Source: Candidatus Eiseniibacteriota bacterium (GTDB lineage Bacteria; Eisenbacteria; RBG-16-71-46). Taken from it: a stretch of 64,000 bases of DNA. The position numbers and the translations under genes were made by a program. The notes under the pieces were generated by a model. It searched no databases. It was not told the DNA's origin and saw only the letters and a program-made list of their open reading frames with translations. The DNA lies in NCBI GenBank assembly GCA_963776245.1, contig CAVZLN010000006.1, positions 256,001-320,000 on the forward strand, given 5' to 3'. Positions within the stretch are counted from its first letter, which is position 1; each line of letters opens with the position of its first letter. Positions 42,158-52,745 of this stretch are shown here, piece after piece.

Positions 42158-42309
42158 CGCGCGCCCGCGGAGGCGGATCCGCGGCCGGGGACGGGAGCCC
42201 GTGGCCGTTCTTGCCGCGCTCGTCCGCGAATCAGGTGCGGGGCGCCCGCGCCCGGCTATCGTCCGCGCGACCCGTTCCGTCCGCACCTCCTCCATCGAGG
42301 GAGTCGTCC

Positions 42310-44343
42310 ATGCGCGTGAGAGCCCTGCTGCCCCTGTCCCTGATCGCCGCGGTCGCCTTCGCACCCTTCGCGCGCGCCGCGGACTCCGGCATCCGCGCGC
42401 TCGTGCCCGCCAACCTGGACACGACGTGCGCGCCGTGCCGCGACTTCTTCAAGTTCGCCAACGGCGGCTGGGTGTCGCGCACCACCATCCCACCCTCCCA
42501 GTCGAGCTGGGGCAGCTTCGACGAGCTCGCCGAGCGCAATCGCCTCACCCTCGCGGGCATCCTCGAGCGCGCGGCGAAGGACACCGGCGCGAAGCCGGGG
42601 TCCGAGACCTGGATGCTCGGCACGTTCTGGAACACCGCGATGGACTCGGCGCAGGCCGACGCCGCGGGCGCCGCGCCGCTCGCCCCGGTGCTCGCGGCCG
42701 TGGACGGGCTGGCCTCCACGCGCGACCTCGCGGGGCAGATCGCGTGGATGCACGAGCGCGGCATCGGCGGACTGTTCGGCTTCCGCGCCGCGCAGGACCC
42801 GGGCCACAGCGATGCCATGATCGCGTTCGTCGGCCAGGGCGGCCTCGGTCTGCCGGACCGCGACTACTACTTCCGCGACGACTCGGCCGCCCGGGCGATC
42901 CGCGTCGAGTACGTGGCGCACGTGGCGCGCACCTTCGTGCTGCTGGGCGAGGGCGAGGGCGCGGCGGGCGCCGACGCCGGGACGGTGATGGCGATCGAGA
43001 CCGAGCTCGCCCGCGCCTCGATGACCAACGTGCAGCGGCGCGATCCCCGGGCGACCTACAACAAGATGCCGCTCGACACGCTCCAGGGCATCGCGCCGGC
43101 CTTCGAGTGGGCCGCCTACCTCGGCCGGCGCGGGGCGCCCCGGGTGGACTCCGTCAACGTCACCCAGCCGGGCTTCGCGCGCGCGCTGAGCGGCCTCATC
43201 GCCACCCGCCCGCTCGCCGAGTGGAAGGCCTACCTGCGCTGGAAGGTGGCGGACGACGCTTCGCCGGTGTTGTCCGCGGCGTTCGCCGACGAGGCGTTCC
43301 GTTTCAACCGGCTGCTCAGCGGCCAGCTGGTGATGCAGCCGCGCTGGAAGCGCGCGCTGCGCTGGACCGACGCCGAGCTCGGCGACCTGCTGGGACGGGC
43401 GTACGTCAAAGAGCGCTTCTCCCCCGCCGCGCGCGAACGCGCGCTCGCCATGGTGCGCAACCTCGAGGCCGCGCTCGGAGACCGCATCCGCTCGCTCGAC
43501 TGGATGGACGAGGCGACGCGGCGCGCGGCGCTCGGCAAGCTCGAAGCGTTCGCGAACAAGATCGGCTACCCCGACACCTGGCGCGACTACCGGGGCGTGG
43601 AGCTGTCCCGCGGCTCACTCTACGCGTGCCGGCTCAGCACCCGGCACTACGAGTCGAAGCGGAACCTCGACCGCATCGGCAAGCCGGTGGAACGCGGCGA
43701 GTGGCAGATGACGCCGCCGACGGTGAACGCGTTCTACAGCCCGTCGCTCAACAGCATCAACTTCCCGGCCGGGATCCTGCAGCCGCCGTTCTACGATCCG
43801 TCATGGGACGACGCCATGAACTACGGCGGGATCGGCGCGGTCATCGGCCACGAGATGACGCATGGCTTCGACGACCGCGGCCGCCAGTTCGATGCCCGCG
43901 GCAACCTGCGTGACTGGTGGACGGCGAGCGACGCCGCGAACTACAAGGCCCGCGCCGACCGCGTGACCGAACAGTACGCGGGTTACACCGTGCTCGACAC
44001 GCTCCATCTCAACGGCCGGCTCACGCTGGGCGAGAACATCGCCGACCTCGGCGGGGTCGCGGTCGCCTACCACGCGCTCCAGAAGGCGCTGGCCGGCAAG
44101 CCGCGGCGGATCCTCGACGGGTTCACGCCGGAGCAGCGGTTCTTCCTGTCGTGGGCGCAGGTGTGGCGCGACGTGGCGCGCGACGAGGATCTCCGCACCC
44201 AGGTGCAGACCGATCCGCATTCGCCGCCCTACTGGCGGGTGAACGGGACGCTCTCGAGCCTGCCGGAGTTCCAGGCGGCGTTCGGCTGCCACGCTGGCGA
44301 CCCGATGGTGCGTGACCCGGAGAAGCGCGCGCGGATCTGGTAG
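42310..44343 (+). CDS. M13 family metallopeptidase (PepO/neprilysin-like)
   Basis: DFFKFANGGW, VNAFY, GHEMTHGFDD, TLGENIADLGG and DPHSP. Confidence 0.95.
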   Translation: MRVRALLPLSLIAAVAFAPFARAADSGIRALVPANLDTTCAPCRDFFKFANGGWVSRTTIPPSQSSWGSFDELAERNRLTLAGILERAAKDTGAKPGSETWMLGTFWNTAMDSAQADAAGAAPLAPVLAAVDGLASTRDLAGQIAWMHERGIGGLFGFRAAQDPGHSDAMIAFVGQGGLGLPDRDYYFRDDSAARAIRVEYVAHVARTFVLLGEGEGAAGADAGTVMAIETELARASMTNVQRRDPRATYNKMPLDTLQGIAPAFEWAAYLGRRGAPRVDSVNVTQPGFARALSGLIATRPLAEWKAYLRWKVADDASPVLSAAFADEAFRFNRLLSGQLVMQPRWKRALRWTDAELGDLLGRAYVKERFSPAARERALAMVRNLEAALGDRIRSLDWMDEATRRAALGKLEAFANKIGYPDTWRDYRGVELSRGSLYACRLSTRHYESKRNLDRIGKPVERGEWQMTPPTVNAFYSPSLNSINFPAGILQPPFYDPSWDDAMNYGGIGAVIGHEMTHGFDDRGRQFDARGNLRDWWTASDAANYKARADRVTEQYAGYTVLDTLHLNGRLTLGENIADLGGVAVAYHALQKALAGKPRRILDGFTPEQRFFLSWAQVWRDVARDEDLRTQVQTDPHSPPYWRVNGTLSSLPEFQAAFGCHAGDPMVRDPEKRARIW

Positions 44344-44355
44344 CCGCAGGGGACG

Positions 44356-45294
44356 TCAGGGACGGGCGGGCAGCGGATGCGTGCGCGACCACTCGACGGT
44401 GCGCCGCAGGCCGTCGGGGAAGCTGACCCTGGGCACCCAGCCGAGCACGTCGCGCGCGCGCGTGGCGTCGAGGTAGATGCGCTGCACCTCGCCCGCGCGC
44501 GCCGCCTCGTAGATGGGTGACAGGGCGGTGCCGAGGATGACGTTCAGCTCGCGCACGATGTCGTTCACCGAGGTCCCGGTGGCGGTGCCGAGGTTCACCA
44601 TCGCGCCGCTGCCCCCCTCGAGGGCGAGCACGTTGGCGTCCACCACGTCGCCCACGTACAGGTAGTCGCGCACCTGGTCGCCGGTGCCGAAGATGCGCGG
44701 GCGCTTCCCCTCGAGCATCAGCCCGATGAAGATGGCGTTCACGCCCGCCTCGCCGTGCGGGTTCTGGCGCGGGCCGTACACGTTCGGGTAGCGCAGCACG
44801 GTGTGGTCGAGCCCGTGGAGCAGCTTCCACAGGTAGAGGTAGTGCTCGAGGGTGTGCTTGCTCACGCCGTACGGGGACTCGGGGTTCACCGGATGGTCCT
44901 CGGTGGCGGGCAGCGAGCGGCCCTCGCCGTAGAGCGCCCCGCCGGTCGAGGCGTACACGAACTTCCGCACCCCGTGGCGGGTGCACGACTGGAGCAGCGC
45001 GAGCGCGCCGAGGATGTTGGTGGTGGCGTCGTGCACCGGGTCCTCGACCGAGCGCCGCACATCGATCTGCGCCGCGTGGTGGTCCACCAGCTCGGGCTTG
45101 AACTCGGCGATCACGCGCTCGACCGCGGCCGCGTCGCGCAGGTCGGCGTGGAAGAAGCGGGCCCGCGGGTTCACGAACTCGCGGAAGCCGCTCGAGAGGT
45201 CGTCGAACACCGCGACCTCGTGACCGAGTTCGACGAACCGGTCCGTTACGTTGGAGCCGATGAAACCGGCGCCTCCGGTCACCAGGATGCGCAC
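44356..45294 (-). CDS. NAD-dependent epimerase/dehydratase (UDP-glucose 4-epimerase-like)
   Basis: ILVTGGAGFIGS, STGGALYG, YGVSK and NVYGPRQ. Confidence 0.92.
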   Translation of the reverse strand: MRILVTGGAGFIGSNVTDRFVELGHEVAVFDDLSSGFREFVNPRARFFHADLRDAAAVERVIAEFKPELVDHHAAQIDVRRSVEDPVHDATTNILGALALLQSCTRHGVRKFVYASTGGALYGEGRSLPATEDHPVNPESPYGVSKHTLEHYLYLWKLLHGLDHTVLRYPNVYGPRQNPHGEAGVNAIFIGLMLEGKRPRIFGTGDQVRDYLYVGDVVDANVLALEGGSGAMVNLGTATGTSVNDIVRELNVILGTALSPIYEAARAGEVQRIYLDATRARDVLGWVPRVSFPDGLRRTVEWSRTHPLPARP

Positions 45295-45442
45295 GGGATC
45301 CTCCTTGGCGGAACGTGGTGGCCGCGCGGGGCGGCGCGACGCGGCAGGTTAGTCGCGGTGCGGCGGGCGCGCAAGGCGCGCACGGCCGATCGCGGGACGG
45401 AGTCCGACGCGGCGTCGCGCGGGGCGCGCGCGGCAGGCTGCC

Positions 45443-46450
45443 TCACGCCGCGCGCGCCCCGGCCTCGCGGCCGAGGACGGCGGCGAGCCGCGCGGGCAGC
45501 GCCTCGTGCTGCGCGCAGGCGAGGGCGGGCCCGCGGGACGACGCCACGCGCGACGCCGGTGCGCGATCGAGCGCGGCGGCGAGGGCGGCGGCGAGATCGT
45601 GGGTGCCGCCCGCACGCGCGCCGACCAGGCAGCCCCGTCCGTCGAGCCACGCGCGCAGGGCGGCCGGGAGCGGCGCGTCGCCCGCCACCAGCAGCGGACA
45701 TCCGCACTCGAGCGCACGCCACACCATCCCCGCCGAGAACGGGCTCTCCCCCGCGAACACCGCGACGGTCGCCGCGTTCCACCAGGCGAACTCCGCGTCG
45801 CGCGTCGCGGCGCCGGCGAAATGCACGCGCGTGCCCACGCCGAAGCGGCGCGCCAGGGCCTCGAACTCGGGCTGCGCGTCCCCCAGCACGACCAGGTCGA
45901 GCGCGTCCGCGTCCGCCGCGGCTCGTGCGAAGGACTCGATCACCTGCGCGCCGCCGCGCCCGGCGAGCGGCAGCGGGGCCAGCACGTAGTCGCCGTCCCA
46001 CAGCGGCAGACGCTGGCGCGCGCCGCGCAGCGGCTCGCCCGCGCTCCACGCCAGCGCACACCCCTCGGCATCGAGCGCCGCGCATGGCGCCACGCCGCGC
46101 GCGCCGGGATCGAAGGCGGTCGGCCACCACCTCAGCGCGAGCCCGGCGGGCAGCGCGCGCGCGATCGCCTCGACGGCGTGCGCGGGCGAGGCGATCACGA
46201 CCTGGTGCGGCGCGTGCGCCTGCGCCGCCTCACTCAGCGCGGCGAGCCCGGCGCGGCCGGCGCCGAAGCGCGGCGCGCGCCCGGCGGCCGGCGCGGGGCG
46301 GTTCCTACCCTCGGCGAGTGTGGGATCGCACACCAGCGCCCGCGCCTCGAAGCCGGCGTGCTGCAGCAGGGAGACCCGGTCGCGCGCGTCGGCCTCGGCC
46401 GCGCCGGGCGCGCCGAGGTGCTCGACGAGCACCATGCGGAAGTGGGACAC
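45443..46450 (-). CDS. Divergent GT-B (GT4-like) glycosyltransferase-fold protein
   Basis: RVHFAG and ESPFSAGMVWRALECGCPLLV resemble a degenerate E-x-F-G...EA-x-A-C-G-x-P motif. Confidence 0.6.
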   Translation of the reverse strand: MSHFRMVLVEHLGAPGAAEADARDRVSLLQHAGFEARALVCDPTLAEGRNRPAPAAGRAPRFGAGRAGLAALSEAAQAHAPHQVVIASPAHAVEAIARALPAGLALRWWPTAFDPGARGVAPCAALDAEGCALAWSAGEPLRGARQRLPLWDGDYVLAPLPLAGRGGAQVIESFARAAADADALDLVVLGDAQPEFEALARRFGVGTRVHFAGAATRDAEFAWWNAATVAVFAGESPFSAGMVWRALECGCPLLVAGDAPLPAALRAWLDGRGCLVGARAGGTHDLAAALAAALDRAPASRVASSRGPALACAQHEALPARLAAVLGREAGARAA

Positions 46451-46481
46451 GGACACCCCCTCGGGAGGGCCGGAGTGGAGA

Positions 46482-47510
46482 TCAGGCGGGGACGGGTGCC
46501 ACGCGCCGGCTCTCGGCCTGGACGCCACGCATCCAGATGAGGAACCGGAGCCGCTCCCGGACTTGCAGATTGCAGGCCAGCACCTCGGGCGCGCGGGCCG
46601 GGGTCGCGCGGACCACGGGCGGCGGGGTCAGCGGGACGGTGACGGGCTCGGCAAGGGGTGCCGGCGCCAGCGCCCGGAGCCATTCGACGCGCTCGCCGAT
46701 GGTTTCGAGCGTCGCATCAGCTCGCGCGTCCAGGTCGATGCGCTCGAACCAGATACCCAATCGCTGGGAGAGCGCGATGGCGGGTCTCGGCAGGGCCCCG
46801 GGGGCGCCTGACCACCACCCGCGGAGGAGCCGGCCGCGCAGCGCGTCCCCGATCGCCTCCTGGGCGCCCGGGTCCACCACCATCAGGATGCGACCGAAGT
46901 GTGGCCACGCCTCCTCGAACAGCCGGCCAAGCTGGGACCAGCGCTCCTGGGCGGTCGGCGCGCCATGAGCCAGCAGGTAGAACCCCGCCTGCCCTCCGTT
47001 CTGCACCAGCCCGAGCAGGGGCAGCCGGCCCGCGAGGCACTCCACCAGGCCGAGGCGCGGGTCGGCGCCGAACCAATCGTGCAGCGCCAGGCGCCGGCCG
47101 GCGTCCACCACCAGCACGCGCTCGCCGCGCGCGAGGTAGCGCGCGGCGAGCTCGGCCACCGCCGCCTCGAGCGCGCGCCGCGTGGCGCCGCTCACCACGT
47201 GGAGCGCGGCGGTCGGAACCTCGGGCACCGAGGGACTCGTCGCGGTCGCGTCCGCGACGAGCGCTTCGGCGCGCCGCTCCGACCGCGCGGCCAGCACGCC
47301 CCCCGCGGTGGCGCCGAGCAGGGCCACCCCCGCCCAGGCGATCGGCGTGCCGGGGCCCAGCGTGGGCATCAGTCCGGAGACCGCGGCGAGCGCGGCGATG
47401 CCGGCGGCCGAGCCGGCCGCGGCGCCGAGCAGGAAGCGGAGATGGCGGGCGCGCGGCCTGCGGGGGGCCGCGACGTCGAGGGCGTCGAGGGCGTCATCCA
47501 TGGCGCTCAT
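46482..47510 (-). CDS. Membrane protein with degenerate MinD/CpsD(Wzc)-like domain
   Basis: Two TM segments, then ARGERVLVVDAG..LHDWFG....LGLVECLAG. No Walker A. Confidence 0.55.
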   Translation of the reverse strand: MSAMDDALDALDVAAPRRPRARHLRFLLGAAAGSAAGIAALAAVSGLMPTLGPGTPIAWAGVALLGATAGGVLAARSERRAEALVADATATSPSVPEVPTAALHVVSGATRRALEAAVAELAARYLARGERVLVVDAGRRLALHDWFGADPRLGLVECLAGRLPLLGLVQNGGQAGFYLLAHGAPTAQERWSQLGRLFEEAWPHFGRILMVVDPGAQEAIGDALRGRLLRGWWSGAPGALPRPAIALSQRLGIWFERIDLDARADATLETIGERVEWLRALAPAPLAEPVTVPLTPPPVVRATPARAPEVLACNLQVRERLRFLIWMRGVQAESRRVAPVPA

Positions 47511-47638
47511 CTGAGGGGGCCTGCCGAGCGGAAGTGCGCATCATCCGTGAAGCGAACGTCCGCAACCTAGCGTGCGCGCGCCGGCGCGGTCAAGCGCGGG
47601 CGTGGATCCCGCGCCGCGCGCACGCGGGGCGGGTCGCG

Positions 47639-49382
47639 TCAGGCGTGGCCGGAGGTGGGCGCCGGGCGGCCCGCGGCGGGGAGCGTGAAGAAGAACGTGC
47701 TGCCCACGCCCGGCAGGCTCTCGACCCAGATGCGCCCGCCGTGCTGCTCGACGATGCCCTTGCTGATCACCAGCCCGAGACCGGTGCCACCGGCCTTGCG
47801 GGTCGCCGACGAGTCGATCTGCGAGAACTTGCGGAACAGCTTGGCGAGATCCTGCGGCGCGATGCCCTCGCCGTGGTCCCGGACCCCGACGCGCACGCCC
47901 TCCTCGCCCACCTCGGCGCCGATCTCGATGCGCCCGTTGGTGGGCGAGAACTTGATCGCGTTCGAGAGCAGGTTGGTGAGCACCTGGGCGATGCGGTTGG
48001 CGTCCATCATGAGGTCGGGCAGCTCCCCGGGAAGCACCAGGTCGAGGTGGATGCGGCGCTCCTCGATCAGCGTGCGCAGGTTGTACGCCGCCTGCTGGAC
48101 CACCGGTTCGAGCCGCTGGCGCTCGATGCTCATCGGCAGCGAGGCCGCCTCGATCTTCGAGAAGTCGAGGATGTCGTTGATCAGCACCAGCAGGCGCTCG
48201 GCGTTGGCGTGCGCGATGGTGAGCAGCTTGCCCTGCTGATCGGTGTTGTGGAAGTAGTGGTCGTCGGCGAGCAGCTCGATGGCGCCCTTCACCGAGGTGA
48301 GCGGGGTGCGGATCTCGTGCGACACCACCGCGACGAAGTCCGACTTGAGACGGTCGAGCACCTTGGTGTGCTCGAACAGCTGGGAGTTCAGCACCGCGAG
48401 CGCGGCCTGCGAGGCGTAGAGCATCATGAAGCTCTCGTCGTCGTCGCTGAAGCCGCCGGGCTTGTCGAGCAGCGCCAGCACGCCGATCACGCGCCCCTCG
48501 GCGAGCAGCGGCACCGCCGAGCATCGACGTGGTGCGCCGGTTCTCGATCCCGGGCACCTCGAAGGGCTCCGCGCCCACCCCGGTGGAGAGCCGCCGCGGC
48601 GTCTGGCCGGTGGCGCATTCCCACAGCGGGCCGCTCGGCTCGAGGGCCGCGGGCATGCCGTCCTCGCGCAGCTCCACGGTGGCGCCGTGCGCGGCGGCCA
48701 CGCGGAACTCCGCGGTGTCCTCGACCCGCAGGTAGACCACCGCGGCCGCCGAGCCGCCGGAGAGCTCGGCGCCCTTCTCGCACACCATCGCGAGACGCGG
48801 CGAGAGCTCGAGGTCCGCCATGATCGCCTTGCTGACGTCGTAGAGCGCGGTCATCTGCCAGGTCGCCAGGCGGACGCGCTCGCGCAACTCGTGCTCGTGG
48901 TGCTGGAGGATCTCGTTCTTCTGGCGCAGCTCCTCGACCAGCTGGCGGTTGACGGCCCGCAGCCGGCGGTGCGCCACGGCGCGGTCCACGATCTGCTCGA
49001 GGTCGTCGAGGTCGAACGGCTTCGGCACGTAGTCGTAGGCGCCCTGGCGCAGCGCGTCGATGGCGGTGCTGGCCGAGGCGTAGCCGGTGACCACGATGAC
49101 GCCCACCTCGGGGTCCACGCTCTTGGCGTAGCGCATCACCTCGAGGCCCGAGAGCCCGGGCAGGTTGATGTCGGTGAGGATGACGTCGGGGCGCAGCTCG
49201 GGCAGCACGCGCACCGCCTCCTCGCCGCTCAGCGCCACGGTCAGGTCGTAGCCCTTGGCCGAGAGGAACTCGCGGCACAGGTCGGCGACCGTCTCCTCGT
49301 CGTCCACCACCAGCACGCGCACCGGCGTGTCGTGTTCCGACAGGCTCAGCGCGGCGGCGGCTTCGGGCGTCAGCGGTTCCAT
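47639..49382 (-). CDS. Hybrid REC-GAF-histidine kinase (frameshift near 48520)
   Basis: VLVVDDE, TDINLPG, GAYDYVPKPF, a GAF-like region, SHEIRTPLTS, NLLSNAIKF and GGTGLGL. Confidence 0.9.
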
Positions 49383-49395
49383 CTCCGGTCCCCCG

Positions 49396-50358
49396 TCAGT
49401 GCACGCGCGCGCTCGCGCGCGTCACCACCTGCCGCCGGCCGCCCTTCTTCGCGAGCCCCAGCGCCTGGTCCACCCCGTTCATGAGCTCGAGCGGGTCGAA
49501 GCCGTCGCGCGGCGCGGCCACCACGCCGGTCGAGACCGTGAGACGTCCGACGCGGGCGAAGCGGTGCTCCTCGAGCGTGCGCCGCAGGCGCTCCGCCACG
49601 CGGCGCGCGGGCAGCACGTCGGTCTCGGGCAGCAGGATGCCGAACGCGTCGCCGCCCAGCCGCGCGATGATGTCGCCGTCCCGCAGCGCCAGCTTGAGCA
49701 CCAGCGCCACCTCGGCCAGCGCGCGGTCTCCGGCGGCGCGGCCGTAGCGCGCGTTGAGCGCGCCGAAATGATCGAGGTCCACCTCGAGCAGGCCGAGCGG
49801 CACCCCGTGCTCCGCCGCGCGCGCGACCTCCTCGGCGAGGCGCTCGTGGAACGCGCGCGCATCGGGCAGCCCGGTGACGGGGTCCCGCCCCGGCTGCTGA
49901 CGCAGGCGCGCCAGCTCGAGGCGCGCGCCGAGCGCGGCGCCGAGCGCGCCCGCGGCGGTGCGCATCAGCGCGTGCTGCGCGGGTGACCAGCGCCGGCCGG
50001 GATGCGCCAGCAGTTCGAGCGTGCCGACGCGCTCATCGCCGCGCGACAACGGCACCGCCATCACGCCGCGCAGATCGCCCGGCTCGCGTTCCCAGGGCCC
50101 GCGTGCGCACGAGCGCTCGAGCCTGCCCTGCGGTCCGAGCGCGTGGAGCGAGGCGCCGGCGCAATCGAACGCGCGCACCAGCGCGTCGAGGGCACGGTCG
50201 AGCGCGCGCGGTTCGGACGCCGCGGAGAGCAGCGCCTCGCAGGCGGCCCACAGCAGGCGCGACGCGCGGCGGCGTCCGTCGGCGGTGTCCGGCGGGTCGC
50301 CGACCCGTGTCCGGGCGACGCCGGCGGTGGCCGTCTCACGCCGCGCGGGCCGGAGCAT
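49396..50358 (-). CDS. GGDEF-domain protein with GGDAF variant motif
   Basis: DPVTGL, DLDHFGALNARYG, RDGDIIARLGGDAF and KKGGR. Confidence 0.88.
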   Translation of the reverse strand: MLRPARRETATAGVARTRVGDPPDTADGRRRASRLLWAACEALLSAASEPRALDRALDALVRAFDCAGASLHALGPQGRLERSCARGPWEREPGDLRGVMAVPLSRGDERVGTLELLAHPGRRWSPAQHALMRTAAGALGAALGARLELARLRQQPGRDPVTGLPDARAFHERLAEEVARAAEHGVPLGLLEVDLDHFGALNARYGRAAGDRALAEVALVLKLALRDGDIIARLGGDAFGILLPETDVLPARRVAERLRRTLEEHRFARVGRLTVSTGVVAAPRDGFDPLELMNGVDQALGLAKKGGRRQVVTRASARVH

Positions 50359-50740
50359 CGGATCCTCCGATCGAGTTCTTGAGGTCGCGCAGCCGGCCCG
50401 CGGCCTCCTGGATGCGGCCCGACTCACGCAGCATCACTTCCAGCCGCTCACGCACGCCGGGCTGCTGACCCGCCGGGCCCATCAGGAGCAGCTGGGCATG
50501 GCCGCGGACCCCCACCAGCGCGTTGTTGATCTCGTGGTGCGCCCCGAGCACTCGCCCGGCCTCCGCGTCCCACGCCTGCTGCTCAGCCCACCATGACGCG
50601 AGCGTGGCGCGCAGCGCGCGCGCGGCGTCGGCGTGGCCGGCCTGCTCGAGCTCGGCGGCCTGCGCGCCCAGCCGGGCGCGCAGCGCGAGCCACGGGGCCG
50701 GCTCCGAGCCGGCGCCCGAGCCGGGACGGGGCAGGCTCAC
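50336..50740 (-). CDS. Stand-alone HisKA/DHp-like protein without ATPase domain
   Basis: HHEINNALVGVRGHAQLL...ESGRI. Its GTG start overlaps the fliA stop codon. Confidence 0.65.
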   Translation of the reverse strand: MSLPRPGSGAGSEPAPWLALRARLGAQAAELEQAGHADAARALRATLASWWAEQQAWDAEAGRVLGAHHEINNALVGVRGHAQLLLMGPAGQQPGVRERLEVMLRESGRIQEAAGRLRDLKNSIGGSDAPARAA

Positions 50741-51588
50741 GCCGCCTCCTCTTCGAGCATCGCCTTGCCCAGCCGCAGGCGCATGCGGGACATCGCCCGC
50801 GTGTGCACCTGGGACACCCGCGACTCCGAGATGCCCAGCGTCCGTCCGATCTCCTTCAGCGTCAGGTGCTCGTAGTAGTAGAGCGAGACCACCAGCCGTT
50901 CCTGCTCCGGCAGCTGGTCGAGGGTGCGCAGCAGCACCAGGCGGGACTGCTGCTCCTCGAGGCGCTCCTGGTAGTCCACCACCGCCGGGTCGGCGAGATG
51001 GTCGCCCAGCGTCGCCGGCTCCTCGCCGTCGCCCGAGCGGCTCTCGTCGAGCGACACCAGCACGGCGCCGCGGACGTGATCGAGCAGGCGGTAGAAGTCG
51101 GGGCGGGTCATCTTCATCTCGCGCGCGACCTCCTCCTCGGAGGCGGCGCGGCCGAGCTTCTGGTCGAGCTTGCGCGTCACGCCGTCGAGGTTGCGCGCCT
51201 TGCGCCGCATCGAGCGCGACACCCAGTCGAGCGCGCGCAGCTGGTCGAGCACCGCGCCCTTGATGCGCCACACCGCGTAGGTCTCGAACTTCACGCCCTT
51301 GCGCGCGTCGAACTTCGCGTGCGCGTCGAGCAGCCCGAGCACGCCGGCCGAGTAGAGGTCCTCGTGATCCACGTTCTTGGGCAGCGTCGCCGCGACGCGC
51401 TCCACCACGTGGCGCACCAGCGGCGCGAAGCGCTTGAGCAGGTCGTTCTTCGAATACTGCACCGCGGCGGGCGCGGGCTGCGGGCGCGCGGCGCGGCGGG
51501 TGCCCGTCACCACGACGAGGCGCGGCGCGGGTCGGGCGGCGGGCGAGGACTTGGCGGTCGCGGTGGCGAGGATGGCAGGGCGGGCCAT
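50737..51588 (-). CDS. fliA: RNA polymerase sigma factor, FliA/WhiG (sigma28) family
   Basis: DLYSAGVLGLLDA, KFETYAVWRIKGAVLDQLRALDWVSRSMR and LTLKEIGRTLGISESRVSQVH. Confidence 0.94.
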   Translation of the reverse strand: MARPAILATATAKSSPAARPAPRLVVVTGTRRAARPQPAPAAVQYSKNDLLKRFAPLVRHVVERVAATLPKNVDHEDLYSAGVLGLLDAHAKFDARKGVKFETYAVWRIKGAVLDQLRALDWVSRSMRRKARNLDGVTRKLDQKLGRAASEEEVAREMKMTRPDFYRLLDHVRGAVLVSLDESRSGDGEEPATLGDHLADPAVVDYQERLEEQQSRLVLLRTLDQLPEQERLVVSLYYYEHLTLKEIGRTLGISESRVSQVHTRAMSRMRLRLGKAMLEEEAA

Positions 51589-51602
51589 GGGAATGAACCT
51601 CC

Positions 51603-52503
51603 TCAGGCTCTGAGACGTTCGACGCTCGGGGTCACGTCGGATGCCGGGGGCGAAGGGACATCCCAGAGCCGACCGGCCAGGGCGCGATAGGCCGCCGCGG
51701 CCAGGGACTGCGGGAAGGCGGTGAGCAAGGGTTCCTGCCGGCGCACCGCGCCGGGCACGGCGGGGTCGAGCGGCACCCAGCCCCAGTAGTCGATCTCGAG
51801 ACGCAGGAAGCGGCGGGCCACCAGGCTGATGCGATGCGACGTCTCCTCCGCCTCCTCGGGGCTCGCCGCCATGCTGACCACGAGGTGCGGCGCCCGCGTG
51901 AGGCCCTGGCGCTGGAGCAGCTTCACCAGGCCGTAGGCATCGGAGAACGCCGGCATCTCGGGCGTGGTCATCGAGCAGCACGTCGTCGGCGGACAGACAG
52001 AACGAGGTCACCTGGCGCGAGACGCCCGAGGCGGTGTCGATGAGCACCAGGTCGGCGTCCGCGGCGAGCGTTCCGAGGCCGCGCAGCAGGAACTCGCGCC
52101 GCACGTCGTCGAGCTCCGCGAGCTCGGGCTCGTTGGAGGCGGCCGGCACCAGCGTGACGTTCTTCGGTCCCCGGATCGCGATCTCCTCGAGCGTGCGCTC
52201 GCCCGCGAAGACGTGCTGCAGGTCGTAGCGCGGATGCACGCCGAGGAGCAGGTCGAGGTTGGCCTGCGAGAAGTCGGCGTCCACCAGCAGCACGCGGCAG
52301 CCGCGCTCGCCGAGCGCGATCGCCAGGTTGGCCGCGAGGTGGCTCTTGCCCACCCCGCCCTTGCCGCTCGCCACCACCACGGTGCGCACGCCGGGGCGTG
52401 CCCACTGGGCCGGATGGTCGCTCTCCCCCGAGGTCGCGTGACCCGGGACCACGCGCAGGCCGGCGCGGGCCGCGGGCGTGTCGTTTCCGCGGCGCGGGCT
52501 CAC
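51603..52503 (-). CDS. flhG: FlhG/FleN MinD-family ATPase (frameshift near 51970)
   Basis: ASGKGGVGKS, LLVDADFSQANLD, IDTASG, TTPE..AFSDAY and VRRQEP. It lies directly upstream of fliA. Confidence 0.85.
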
Positions 52504-52745
52504 GCGGCCAGCCCCGTGGCGCGCGACGCGCCGGGCAGCGTCATGACCGCACGCAGGAATTCCCAGTAGCGGCGCTGCTCGCGGCAGCGGCGCAGCGCGA
52601 GGTCGAGACCGAGGCGCGAGAGCCGGCGCTCCTCCTCGCGCAGCGAAGCGAGCGCGGCGTCCAGCGCGTCGAGGCGCGCGCCTTCGCCCGCGGGCACCTC
52701 GCGGCGCGGATCGGCGGACGGCGTCACCGGCGGGCGGCGGTTCAC
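52500..52745 (-). CDS. Small helical hypothetical protein (81 aa)
   Basis: GTGA-type overlaps on both sides. Sequence includes RLDALDAALASLREEERRLSRLGL...EQRRYWEFLRAV. Confidence 0.6.
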   Translation of the reverse strand: MNRRPPVTPSADPRREVPAGEGARLDALDAALASLREEERRLSRLGLDLALRRCREQRRYWEFLRAVMTLPGASRATGLAA

